Shown here: positions 25,207-34,875 of the stretch, one piece after another
Layout: each line of letters opens with the position of its first letter
Numbering within the stretch: position 1 is the stretch's first letter
From: Christensenella sp. UBA4626
GTDB taxonomy: Bacteria; Bacillota; Clostridia; Christensenellales; UBA1242
Assembly (NCBI GenBank): GCA_002406115.1
Contig: DHNC01000014.1
Coordinates: 5,590 to 69,589, forward strand
Reading direction: 5' to 3'
DNA: 64,000 bases
Notes under the pieces: generated by a model
What the model saw: the letters and a program-made list of their open reading frames with translations, nothing else
What the model was told of the DNA's origin: nothing
The model's database searches: none
Made by a program: the position numbers and the translations under genes

Positions 25207-25296
25207 TTGCCCTAACATTAAATAAACCTATTTATTACTACATTTATAAATATGGTTTGTTGTGATTACAATAACAAAACAAAAGGATGACATCTT

Positions 25297-25518
25297 TTAT
25301 TTTTTTTGCCTCATATCGTTTATCTCAACATTGGCTTGCTTTATCAGCGGCAAATAATCCTCCCACATATATTCCCTAATTGGGATTGGTTTGCTTGTGC
25401 TGAAATATAAAACCATTGCGGGATAAATATGATGATATTCATCAAATATTGTAACACCAATCAATTGATTGGCTTTTATCAAACTTTTTGCTTTTGCGTG
25501 GAAATTAAAATATGCCAT
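25297..25518 (-). CDS. hypothetical small protein (73 aa)
   Basis: ORF with no obvious SD. Its 5' end is part of the 84-bp tandem repeat array and its ATG lies inside a palindrome. Confidence 0.45.
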   Translation of the reverse strand: MAYFNFHAKAKSLIKANQLIGVTIFDEYHHIYPAMVLYFSTSKPIPIREYMWEDYLPLIKQANVEINDMRQKK

Positions 25519-25745
25519 AATTTATTATGGACTAATTTTAAATTTTAATTTCCCTCGCTGCTTCTTGCACTGCTTCTATGCGAGCAAATTAAAATAGGTC
25601 ATAATTTATTATGGACAAATTTGCTATTTTAATTTCCCTCGCTTCTCCTTGCTCTGCTTTTATGCGAGTTAATTAAAAGTAAATGCCATATACGTAGTAT
25701 ATGCAAAATTATTTCAATTACCCTCGCCTCTCACTGCCTAAAACG
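25511..25745. repeat. tandem repeat, ~84-85-bp unit, about 2.8 copies
   Basis: Units start at 25511, 25595 and 25680. Each has a palindrome (CCATAAT-tt-ATTATGG; the third is CATATAC-gta-GTATATG), then aatttccctcgc, then ctgcttNtatgcgag. A partial unit extends into the 73-aa ORF. Confidence 0.85.
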
Positions 25746-25747
25746 GA

Positions 25748-28700
25748 TTAGACAAGTTCGCCAGTATTTATTGAATAAATGTACATATGCTCAACAGTCT
25801 TGCCAAACGCTTTTTCGACAGCAAGTTTATATAGACGCAATTGTTCGGCATATTTTTCTTTCAAAATCTTTGCCTTTAAGGACGAAAATTTATAGTCTAC
25901 AATATCAAAATGGTCGTCAAATTCAATCAACATATCAAGCACGCCTTGGACAAGCACTTTATCCTTTATCTCGCTTGAAACAAGGTCTTGATAAGGCAGA
26001 TACATCATAAAATCCGCCTCTTTTTTTATGCTTTTTGCCCCGACCACCAATTTTGAAAGCACATCGTGAGCCATTTTTATTTTATCATAATCCACATCGT
26101 CAAAGTCTGTGTTTTTGAGATATGGTTGAGTTAAATCCAGCAACTCCAACGCTTTGTGATAATGCGTGCCAATCAGTGCCTTATCTTCTGACACGTCGTA
26201 TTGACTTTTTGGCGTCAAATAGGTTTTTGTGTCAAAGCGAAGTTGTTCGGTTTGTTTTGTATTCAAACCTGTAACTGTGTTTTTGACCGAAATGGCAAAT
26301 TTCTCTTTATTTTTATATTCAAAATCCTTGCCCATTTGGCTTATTTCCACGTCAATTCCTGGGTTTGAAACAGTGTTTTCTTCCACGTCATCGTATGTTA
26401 CAAATTTGCACAAATCAAAATCCCTTTTGCCAGCCAAAAGCCCGGATTGATAGCAGGATAAAATCATGTTTAGATAACTTGTCTTTTTGATTTTTTCCGC
26501 CAGCATTTTTGGCGAATATTGCCCGGTTATTATGAGTTTGTTTTTTGCCCGAGTGAGTGCAACGTACAAAAGGCGTAACTCTTCCTTATATCCTTTGCTT
26601 GCGTTTTCAATTTTTATCGCATACTTTGGCAGACTATAAGATTTTTGCCTGTTGATTGGGTCGTAATAATTTACGCCCAAACCGATGTCTGCGTTGAAAG
26701 TTATATCGTCATGGTCCCGCAAATACGAGAACTGTTTGCTAGCGTTGAACAAGATGACAACGGGATACTCCAAACCTTTGCTTTTGTGGATTGTTTCAAA
26801 CACCACGCTATCTTCGTTGTCCGCATCAAGATAGTCATTGCCACGGCTTACATTTGTTTCAATAACCGACACAAACTCTGCCAAACTTAAAGAATTTTCG
26901 ACCGTCAGTTTTGCCAAAAATCGCTCTATCAATTTTAACTCTTTATCCCCAAACTTGGTTGCCAAAAGGTAGTTTTTAACCCCGCAATCGTCCAAAATAT
27001 ACCTTATGAGTTGAGAGTTATTGCAAGCGTAAGACCTCAATCTAATTTGTTCAAGTTTGTCAAATCCCAATTGCACATTTGGATTTGAAATGCTTGATTT
27101 CAAGTCCTGATAAAGGCTATTTTTTGCCCCAAGTTGCCTAATTGAAACAAAGTCATCAATCTGAAGCGGTGTCAATGCCATAAATGCCGCCAAATAGTCC
27201 ACGTCGTCCGCAGTATTGGTGAGGCATTTTAAAATCGAAAGCAAAAGTTTTACACCCTCGCTTGAACTGGTTTCCAACTTATTGTTTAAACTCAGCGGGA
27301 TGCCGGCAAGCCTCAAAACCTCAATCAAAATTTTGGCATTTTCGTCATTTGTTGAGCGGGATAAAATTGCAATATCTTTATAACTCAATCGGCTGGTTTG
27401 CTTTGTTTTTGCGTCATAAAATTCATGCCCTATAAACTCTTCCGTAATCATTTTTGCAACCAATGCTGCCTCATATACTTTTGGATTTGAGATTTTTTCT
27501 TGCTCGTCGTTTTTGACGCTATACACGCCATAAGCAAACTGCTTTTCTTGCTCGTTGCTCACCAACACAATCGTTGGCTTATCATCCAGAATATCGTCAC
27601 GGCGAGGCTCGATTTGCGAGGTGGATTTATAGTCAATATCAGCGGTGTATTTTGTCATAAGGTCAACAAAAATTTTGTTGATAAAATTCAACACAATCGG
27701 ATTGCTGCGATAGTTTATATTCATATCAAAAGCCTGACCCGAACCGACATCCAATTTGAAAGTATTATATTTTTGCAAAAACCATTCCGGACTTGACCCT
27801 CTGAACCCATAAATGGATTGTTTTACGTCCCCGACCGTGAAAACTTTTGTGTTTTTGCCCGCAATTTGCGACATAATTTTGTCCTGCAACGGGTTCACGT
27901 CTTGATATTCGTCAATGAAGATATATTCATATCTTTGTTGCAACTCCTGCCTTACCCTATCGTTTGACAAAAGTTCCAACATCTTGCGTGACATATCGTT
28001 AAAATCCATCAAATTATTTTTGGTTTTTATGTTTTGATAATTTTGGATAAACAACTCCAAAACGTCAACAAAATATCCAAAATATTTTGCAATTGCCTCG
28101 TTGTGAAGGTCGTAATCCGGGGTTATTCCATTTTCTTGCAACTTTTTTGCAAACTCTTTAAAGTCTTTTATCTCCTGATTAGTGTCCGCAAGAGATTGAA
28201 ATTCTTTAACCTGTTTTGTGGTGAAATTTTGCAAATCAATTGTCTGCAAGGCCATCAAGTTTGATTTGAGCATTATTGCCACATTGATTTTGTTCAACTC
28301 ATCAATATTGTGCTGGATAATTTGCCTTACATCTTGTGGATAAGCGCCATAGCATTGCTGGCAAGTTGAAATCAAATCCTGGCACTTTTTGATGATAAAT
28401 CTGTTTACAATCTGTTCACTTTTTTGATTTGTTAAATACTCATCCTTTGCGTCCAAAATAAAGGCAACATAATCCTCCAAATTTACAATATCGTTATACG
28501 TGTCGATAACCTGTTGCTCCAAATTTGAAAAATTCCTTGCATTTCCGCCAAACAAATCCAAAAGGACGGCAGTTTTTTCTTTATCCTTGCTTATTGTGTC
28601 AATCGCCTGTTTTATGGCACGATTTATATAATAATCCCTGGTTGTGTCCGAAATAATTTCCATGTTTGGGCTGAGATTAAGTTCGTAAAAATATTTTTTA

Positions 28701-29056
28701 ATGGTCTTGGAATTAAAACCGTCGATTGTATCAATGCTTGCGGTTTGCAACTCGTCAATTTTGCCCAAAATTTCCATTTTCTTTGCTTCAATTTCAGCTG
28801 GGGTGAAATTTGGTGAGTTTTCACATTCATTTAATTTGTCTTTCAATTTGGCAACCAAACGGTCTTTCATTTCGGTGGCTGCAAGCACGGTGAATGTCAC
28901 AACCAACAAAGACGAAATTGGCACTTGTTTTTCAATTATTAGGTTGGCAATTTTTTCAATCATAACTGTCGTTTTGCCGCTGCCGGCGCCCGCACTTACC
29001 AACTGATTTTTTGCCTCGCTGCTGATTATGCTTTGTTGTATTGGCTCAAATTTCAT
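25748..29056 (-). CDS. addA: helicase-exonuclease AddAB subunit AddA
   Basis: 1102 aa UvrD-type helicase (SAGAGSGKTTVM, FIDEYQDVNP) with a C-terminal PD-(D/E)XK nuclease (GVLDMLIEFDDHFDIVDYKF). Confidence 0.9.
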   Translation of the reverse strand: MKFEPIQQSIISSEAKNQLVSAGAGSGKTTVMIEKIANLIIEKQVPISSLLVVTFTVLAATEMKDRLVAKLKDKLNECENSPNFTPAEIEAKKMEILGKIDELQTASIDTIDGFNSKTIKKYFYELNLSPNMEIISDTTRDYYINRAIKQAIDTISKDKEKTAVLLDLFGGNARNFSNLEQQVIDTYNDIVNLEDYVAFILDAKDEYLTNQKSEQIVNRFIIKKCQDLISTCQQCYGAYPQDVRQIIQHNIDELNKINVAIMLKSNLMALQTIDLQNFTTKQVKEFQSLADTNQEIKDFKEFAKKLQENGITPDYDLHNEAIAKYFGYFVDVLELFIQNYQNIKTKNNLMDFNDMSRKMLELLSNDRVRQELQQRYEYIFIDEYQDVNPLQDKIMSQIAGKNTKVFTVGDVKQSIYGFRGSSPEWFLQKYNTFKLDVGSGQAFDMNINYRSNPIVLNFINKIFVDLMTKYTADIDYKSTSQIEPRRDDILDDKPTIVLVSNEQEKQFAYGVYSVKNDEQEKISNPKVYEAALVAKMITEEFIGHEFYDAKTKQTSRLSYKDIAILSRSTNDENAKILIEVLRLAGIPLSLNNKLETSSSEGVKLLLSILKCLTNTADDVDYLAAFMALTPLQIDDFVSIRQLGAKNSLYQDLKSSISNPNVQLGFDKLEQIRLRSYACNNSQLIRYILDDCGVKNYLLATKFGDKELKLIERFLAKLTVENSLSLAEFVSVIETNVSRGNDYLDADNEDSVVFETIHKSKGLEYPVVILFNASKQFSYLRDHDDITFNADIGLGVNYYDPINRQKSYSLPKYAIKIENASKGYKEELRLLYVALTRAKNKLIITGQYSPKMLAEKIKKTSYLNMILSCYQSGLLAGKRDFDLCKFVTYDDVEENTVSNPGIDVEISQMGKDFEYKNKEKFAISVKNTVTGLNTKQTEQLRFDTKTYLTPKSQYDVSEDKALIGTHYHKALELLDLTQPYLKNTDFDDVDYDKIKMAHDVLSKLVVGAKSIKKEADFMMYLPYQDLVSSEIKDKVLVQGVLDMLIEFDDHFDIVDYKFSSLKAKILKEKYAEQLRLYKLAVEKAFGKTVEHMYIYSINTGELV

Positions 29057-32046
29057 GCTTCGCCTCCTTCAAAACTTTTGCTGGAAATATTTTTTGCTTT
29101 ACGCTCCGCCACTCCGTTGCAATTTTTTAAGCAAATATGGCTGTATGGGCAAGAGTTACAAGGCGAACTAACTTGTGATGGCGATGGCAAAACAAAGCCC
29201 GATTTGATTTCTTCAATCGCTTGCGTTGACACAATTTTTGAATAGTCTTTAAGGCTTTTCATTTCGCTTGGTTGCAATTCTTTGTCGCTATATTTCCTTG
29301 CAATATTGTCTTTTGACATCGTCACATTCACAATATCACTCTTTTGCCCCGGCGTTAGCCTTGTATCCAAATTTTTAACCACATTTTCGGTGTTTTCAAA
29401 AAATCCTTTGATTGAATAACTGCTTTTATCCGTCGTGTAAACATTGTGAAGAGGCATATAAAACTCACCAACAACTGGCTTTTTCATCACATTTTCCATT
29501 GCACAGGCGTACAAAAACAATTGCAATTTGTTGCCATAATATAGTTCTTTTAAACTAGCCTCCGCCCTGCCAGTTTTGTAGTCAATAATCCTAAGCCCGT
29601 CCTCACTTTCGTCCACACGGTCAATTGCACCGGTCAAGCTTGTTCCATTTAAATCCAAGGCGGTTTTGCCGTCAAACCTAAACTCAAATTTGAATGGTTT
29701 GAAATTGCAATTTTGGTCGATGTAATCAACTCCATTCAACACTCGAACCATTTCATCAATAAGGTTTAAAAGCAAAGGACTATCAATTTTAAGTTTAAGC
29801 CTATCATCCTTTTCGACTGCCGCAAACACCTGATTTTTTGCAAATTGATACAAATCGCCAACCTTTTTGTTTGCTTTGTAATAGTTAAAAAGTGCCATGT
29901 GCAAAATATTGCCGGTATCCACTGGCAAAATGTCGTTTTGAAGGCGTGGTTGAATTTTTAAAGCGTTGTTTAAGAAATAATTGAATGGACATCTAAAATA
30001 ATTTTCCAACTTGCTGGCAGAAATTGACGTAAACGCAAGTTTTTGTCTACTTTCTTGGTTTATCTGACGCAAATCTTTTTGCTTTACAAAATCCGAACCG
30101 ATTTTGGTGTTATATAGCAAGTTCTTTTCAATATAATCCTGCCTTGACAACGCAACAAATGGGTCATCAAAATTAAATTTTGGCTTGATTGATTGAGCCC
30201 CAAATGCCGATTTTTTGAATAGTTTAATGCAAAGTTCTTTTATCAACTCGCTTGGCGTGTGATTATAACTGATTGTCAAATTGGATTTAAACATCAAGCA
30301 TGAATTATACAGCCTCAAACGTGCAAGTTTGTTGATATGGTTGATTGTTGGCGCAAGTTTGTGCGAAAAACTGAGTTGAGCAATTTCACTGTCAACAATT
30401 ATGCCGCAGTCACTTTTAAACGCTGGTGCATTTTCGGTTGTGCAATTGACGATGTATAAATTTTCAAATCTTTCACAAAAGTTGTTTGCGTCAACGATTT
30501 TGACAGCATCCAAAGTTAAAGGAAGATTTGCAATTTGCGTCACTTGCCCAAGCCTAAACACGATGTCATACACTTGTTGCATGGCTGCATTTGGATAAAA
30601 TTTTTCAACCTCATCAAAGATTGTCTTTATGGTTTCCAATGATTTTTTAAGCAAAATCTGTTTGTCAAAAAGGTCGGTTTTGCCCGTCAAATCTTGGATT
30701 ATATCTTCAAACTTCAATTCCTCAAAAGCATTGTAGAAGATGTCTTTAATTTGGCTTGTTGAGGCGGATGTTAAATCAAATTTAAACAAAAATTCAACCA
30801 AAGCGTCTTTTGTTTGGTTCATCTCGCCCATATCAAATTTGTGTGTCAGCCTACCTTTAAAATCAATCAGAACAAGTTTTTCAATCAGTTTTTGTTTATC
30901 CTCTTGCTCTGAGATAAAGAAAGGTGAATTTATTATATCAATCAGATGAGAGAGTTCTTGCGGCTCAATGTTATATCTAAAAATATCGCAAACAAACCTA
31001 AACAAGGCGGTTTCGCTCAAGTTTAAATTTGTGTCGAGATAAAAATTTATATCATACTTTTTAAAAATCTGTTTGGCAATTTCAACATAGTTTTCAATCC
31101 CAAAAACCGCCACCCCAAATTGTGAATAATTTGCCCCAAGAAGCACTTTTTTGCGGATATCTCGTGCAACAAAATCCAACTCATCCAGCACGTCCTTGCA
31201 GGCGTTAACGTTTACCCGATTTTCCTCTTCAAACTGCGCCGGTTTTATGCCAAACAAATTGTTTTGCAAAAACAGTTTTAAATTGTCTGTTTGCAATGTC
31301 TTTGTTTCTGCCTCAAACGGCAACGAACAAGTGTACGCAATGTTTTTAAGTTGGCTTGCCACCTCATCATTATATAAATGTTGGTTGTTAGACTTGGCAA
31401 AATAGTTGATAATATTGACTTTGTTGTGGTAAGCCAAACACTCAATTGCAGTGTATTCAACCGCTGTAAAATCGTCAAAGCCGACAAACAAGAGATTTTC
31501 ATTTTTATATGTTTTGTCCAAATTTAAGCAGCACAGCAAAAATTGATCCGAAGCATCCAAAAGTCCAGCTTTATTTTGCTCGTATTGCTGATAAATTAAG
31601 GCAAGGTCCAAAATTTTATCCCTAAGTTGGCTGTTTGTGTTTTGAAATTTGAACATCTCTTCAAAATTTATCTTGGAAGATTTCAGTTGAGCGATAGTGT
31701 TGTAAATTTCCTCCGCATAACTGAAAGAATAATTTTTGTTTTTAAGCACTTTCAAATTTTGGAAGTTGTCCATCAAAATCTTGTGGATTAAAACTATGCT
31801 GCCAATTTTGCTGATTTGTTTTGACTTGTCCACTGGATAATTTTTTTTGACAAACCTATCCAGCGTGCACACTTTAAGCGAAAAACTCGCCTGCAAATTA
31901 AGGCTTTCAAAAATATGTTTTTCCATAAACAAACTGAGTTTGTCTGGCACAATAATCGTCGCACCGGAAATGGCATATTCCTTGCAAAAAGCAGTCACAT
32001 AAGCAAGTGACTCGTCCATTGATGGCAAATTGACAACTTTTATCAT
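29053..32046 (-). CDS. addB: helicase-exonuclease AddAB subunit AddB (no recognisable Walker A)
   Basis: 997 aa, overlapping addA by 4 nt. C-terminal nuclease (GAIDRVDESEDGLRIIDYKTG) and Fe-S cysteines (FRCPF ... CNSCPYSHIC). Confidence 0.85.
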   Translation of the reverse strand: MIKVVNLPSMDESLAYVTAFCKEYAISGATIIVPDKLSLFMEKHIFESLNLQASFSLKVCTLDRFVKKNYPVDKSKQISKIGSIVLIHKILMDNFQNLKVLKNKNYSFSYAEEIYNTIAQLKSSKINFEEMFKFQNTNSQLRDKILDLALIYQQYEQNKAGLLDASDQFLLCCLNLDKTYKNENLLFVGFDDFTAVEYTAIECLAYHNKVNIINYFAKSNNQHLYNDEVASQLKNIAYTCSLPFEAETKTLQTDNLKLFLQNNLFGIKPAQFEEENRVNVNACKDVLDELDFVARDIRKKVLLGANYSQFGVAVFGIENYVEIAKQIFKKYDINFYLDTNLNLSETALFRFVCDIFRYNIEPQELSHLIDIINSPFFISEQEDKQKLIEKLVLIDFKGRLTHKFDMGEMNQTKDALVEFLFKFDLTSASTSQIKDIFYNAFEELKFEDIIQDLTGKTDLFDKQILLKKSLETIKTIFDEVEKFYPNAAMQQVYDIVFRLGQVTQIANLPLTLDAVKIVDANNFCERFENLYIVNCTTENAPAFKSDCGIIVDSEIAQLSFSHKLAPTINHINKLARLRLYNSCLMFKSNLTISYNHTPSELIKELCIKLFKKSAFGAQSIKPKFNFDDPFVALSRQDYIEKNLLYNTKIGSDFVKQKDLRQINQESRQKLAFTSISASKLENYFRCPFNYFLNNALKIQPRLQNDILPVDTGNILHMALFNYYKANKKVGDLYQFAKNQVFAAVEKDDRLKLKIDSPLLLNLIDEMVRVLNGVDYIDQNCNFKPFKFEFRFDGKTALDLNGTSLTGAIDRVDESEDGLRIIDYKTGRAEASLKELYYGNKLQLFLYACAMENVMKKPVVGEFYMPLHNVYTTDKSSYSIKGFFENTENVVKNLDTRLTPGQKSDIVNVTMSKDNIARKYSDKELQPSEMKSLKDYSKIVSTQAIEEIKSGFVLPSPSQVSSPCNSCPYSHICLKNCNGVAERKAKNISSKSFEGGEA

Positions 32047-32182
32047 ATCGACATTTTATCACATATTTTTGCTTTTAGCAAACTATTTGTTTTGCGATGA
32101 GATTTTCAAATTTCCAAATTTTGTAAACATATTTTATGAATATCAAAACGTATGCTGCACACAATACCAATGGAGGTGCTAG

Positions 32183-32347
32183 ATGTCTAAAACAAAACAA
32201 TGGAAACCTGGTGAAACAGTGCCACAATCAGCATCATATGTAGCATATGATAGCGAAGGACACAATGGCGGTAGTTTGTACCTTGAAAAAGGCAAAAGAT
32301 TCCCCGCAACCCAACACTCAGGTAGCTATTACACTTTAGGTGAATAG
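32183..32347 (+). CDS. YjzC-like small protein (54 aa; below the ORF-track cutoff)
   Basis: SD ggaggtg 5 nt before the ATG. Sequence MSKTKQWKPGETVPQSASYVAYDSEGHNGGSLYLEKGKRFPATQHSGSYYTLGE resembles the YjzC family pattern. A terminator follows. Confidence 0.6.
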   Translation: MSKTKQWKPGETVPQSASYVAYDSEGHNGGSLYLEKGKRFPATQHSGSYYTLGE

Positions 32348-32375
32348 TACGCCAAAAGGTCAATAACGACCTAAC

Positions 32376-32416
32376 AAAAAGCAGCATGGCAAGTTATCAG
32401 ACCCATGCTGTTTTTT
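32376..32416 (+). terminator. intrinsic terminator
   Basis: Stem cagcatgg/ccatgctg followed by tttttt. Confidence 0.7.
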
Positions 32417-32544
32417 AATACGCTTTAGATTAAAACAATTTATGAGTATTGGCGAAATAAAGGGGTTTATTGTTTTTTGTCAAGCAAACGCTTTTACGCC
32501 AACAACAAAACTTAACTTTTTGCAAATTTTCCTTTCACATTGTG

Positions 32545-32573
32545 TTGACATTGTTTTTTTTATTTGTTATACT
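32545..32573 (+). promoter_or_regulatory. promoter of tRNA-Ser
   Basis: TTGACA-17 nt-TATACT, ~28 nt upstream of the tRNA 5' end. Confidence 0.6.
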
Positions 32574-32601
32574 AGCATTGTTTTTAATTTAGTTCGACCT
32601 T

Positions 32602-32692
32602 GGAGAGTTACTCAAGAGGTCGAAGAGGCGTCCCTGCTAAGGATGTAGGCGTCGAAAGGCGCGCGAGGGTTCAAATCCCTCACTCTCCGCCA
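32602..32692 (+). tRNA. tRNA-Ser (anticodon GCU), CCA encoded
   Basis: Acceptor GGAGAGT/ACTCTCC, anticodon loop CU-GCU-AA, long variable arm, T-arm GAGGG-TTCAAAT-CCCTC, discriminator G and CCA. Confidence 0.93.
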
Positions 32693-32712
32693 ATGTTGAT
32701 TAAATTAAAGAT

Positions 32713-32737
32713 ACACACCGTTTGGTGTGTTTTTTTA
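32713..32737 (+). terminator. intrinsic terminator after tRNA-Ser
   Basis: acacacc-gttt-ggtgtgt-ttttttt. Confidence 0.8.
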
Positions 32738-32961
32738 TGCACTTAAACGCTTTTGTTTTTGCCTTATATGCTTTAAATTTGCCTTTTTGCTAAGCAATGT
32801 ATGCGAAGTTTAACCTGTGCCTTGTTGTATCGACTTGCATAATCATTGCATTACCAGTTGTGTAAAATGCAAATTTAATTTGTTTTCCTATTTTGATTGC
32901 CAATGATAACTTTGTTGCGTTTAAAAACAAAAAATGCTATCATATTTTTATTGGAGGGATT

Positions 32962-33597
32962 ATGCAAAAACCAAAAATCATAACTATCGAGGACCCTTTG
33001 TTTGGCCTTGGCAAAAGCAGATATTTGAAATTCTTAAACTCTGCCGCCCCAATTTGCAATTTGACCGCAAAAGTGGAAATAACAAATTTGGTTAAAAGGA
33101 AACAAAATCACAAACTTAATGCCATGCTAGTTTTCTGCATTCAAAATGTTGCGCAAAAAATTGAAGGCTGTCATTTTGAAATTGTTGACGAAGCACACGT
33201 TCAATATTTCCCGCTGTGTTGCACAAATATTGTGATGTATGGCAAGGACGGGCTTTTGTACTATGTCAGCGTGCCTTATTGCAAAGATTTCAAAACTTAC
33301 GAAAAAAAGTATATTGAAAACTGCGACGACGCCTACAACAACTGTCACCATGTTTATGTTCCGGATCAAGCGTTGACGGCAACCAGTGCAATTATTCAGT
33401 ATGAGATTGAAAGTTATTCCTCTGGCTACACCGACGATTTTATGCGTCCATTTTTGGTTTGGGGCAAATATTCCACGATTGAGGACAAAAATTATTTAAG
33501 CATAAGTTTTAGGTTTCATCACGGCTTTTTTGACGGTAAAGATATTGCAACTTTTTACAATTTGCTTCAACAAGAAATTGATAATTTTAAAGACTAA
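32962..33597 (+). CDS. chloramphenicol acetyltransferase (type A, CAT)-like acetyltransferase
   Basis: The start is taken at ATG 32962 (SD ggaggg). 211 aa. The catalytic-His region ISFRFHHGFFDGKDIATFYNLLQQEI parallels the CAT HHAVCDG(F/Y)H motif. Confidence 0.6.
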   Translation: MQKPKIITIEDPLFGLGKSRYLKFLNSAAPICNLTAKVEITNLVKRKQNHKLNAMLVFCIQNVAQKIEGCHFEIVDEAHVQYFPLCCTNIVMYGKDGLLYYVSVPYCKDFKTYEKKYIENCDDAYNNCHHVYVPDQALTATSAIIQYEIESYSSGYTDDFMRPFLVWGKYSTIEDKNYLSISFRFHHGFFDGKDIATFYNLLQQEIDNFKD

Positions 33598-33900
33598 TCA
33601 AATAGATTTCAAATATTAAATAATTTTCAAGTCTAATTTAAATTATTTTTATTATTCAATAACACACTAAATTTTAAAAAAACATATCAAAAAATTTAAT
33701 TTTTAAAAAAAAATTACTAAAATGCAATAATTTTTGCATTTTTTTAATATTTTTTGTGTTTTTTATATTTTATTTTAAATTTTTATTATCCATAAATTTT
33801 TATTTTTTCATATTCCATTTTTTTTATTTTCTTTGCAAAATTAAGGCATTCACATTTTTTATTGCACAATCATTTATAAAACAAAAAGAAAGGAATTGAT

Positions 33901-34875
33901 ATGTTCAATATTGCTGTGATTGGTGCCACCGGTTTGGTTGGCAGAAAGACGTTACAAATAATTGAAGAGTTTGGTTTGCAAAACAACAATTTCTGTTTAT
34001 TTGCAAGCAAAAAAAGTGTTGGCAAAAAATTGAAAATTGGCGGCAAAAAATATACCGTTGAATTTTTGGATAAGAACAATTTAGACAAACAAAAGTTTGA
34101 CTTTGCCCTGTTTTGCGTAAAAGAAGATGTAAGCAAAATCTATGTTCCGAATCTTGCAAAACGAGGAACAAAGGTTATAGATTTTTCTTCCCTTTATCGG
34201 AAAAAATATCCGCTTATCGTGCCAGAAATAAATTTTATAGACGTACAAAACAGCAACATTATTTGCAATCCAAATTGTTCCACTGCCGAAAGTGTTATGG
34301 CGTTAAATTTGATAAGCAAAAAATTTGGGCTTGAATCAGTCAGATATTCGACTTATCAAGCCGTGAGTGGTGCCGGGCAAAAAGCGCTTAAAGATTTCAA
34401 TCAAACCAATCCGGCAAAACTTAAAAAATTGGATTATCCGATTGTCAGCAATGTTATCCCATATATCGGGCAGATTGACAAGGACGGCTATTCCGGCGAA
34501 GAAAATAAAATGATGTTTGAAACAAAAAAAATCCTACACCTTTTTGATACAAAAATCAGCGCAACCTGCATTCGTGTGCCAGTAAAAAATTGCCATACAA
34601 TCGTCATTGATTTCACCACAAAAAAGGCAGCCACAATTGCAAAATTGGAACAAATTTTAACTTCTAGTCCGGGTGTTAGATACTCTAAAGAAATTTTCCC
34701 GATGCCAATGCTTGCAAACGGACAAAACGACGTTTTTGTGGGCAGATTAAGGCAAAATAGAGATATAAAAAATTCGTTTTCAATGGTGGTTTGTGCAGAC
34801 AATTTGCGAAAAGGTGCCAGTCTTAACGCTGTGCAAATTTTGAAAAAGTTGATTGAGGCAAAAAATGAAATTTAA
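33901..34875 (+). CDS. asd: aspartate-semialdehyde dehydrogenase
   Basis: 324 aa with MFNIAVIGATGLVGRK (NADP site), the active-site loop NPNCSTA and YQAVSGAG. Confidence 0.9.
   Translation: MFNIAVIGATGLVGRKTLQIIEEFGLQNNNFCLFASKKSVGKKLKIGGKKYTVEFLDKNNLDKQKFDFALFCVKEDVSKIYVPNLAKRGTKVIDFSSLYRKKYPLIVPEINFIDVQNSNIICNPNCSTAESVMALNLISKKFGLESVRYSTYQAVSGAGQKALKDFNQTNPAKLKKLDYPIVSNVIPYIGQIDKDGYSGEENKMMFETKKILHLFDTKISATCIRVPVKNCHTIVIDFTTKKAATIAKLEQILTSSPGVRYSKEIFPMPMLANGQNDVFVGRLRQNRDIKNSFSMVVCADNLRKGASLNAVQILKKLIEAKNEI

Noticed and set aside
25511-25745. Possible CRISPR array or riboswitch tandem.
   Set aside because: The whole 84-85-bp unit is repeated, so there is no repeat/spacer alternation. I recognise no riboswitch core motif.
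32187-32387. 66-aa minus-strand ORF.
   Set aside because: It is antisense to a better-supported plus-strand 54-aa YjzC-like gene with its own SD and terminator.
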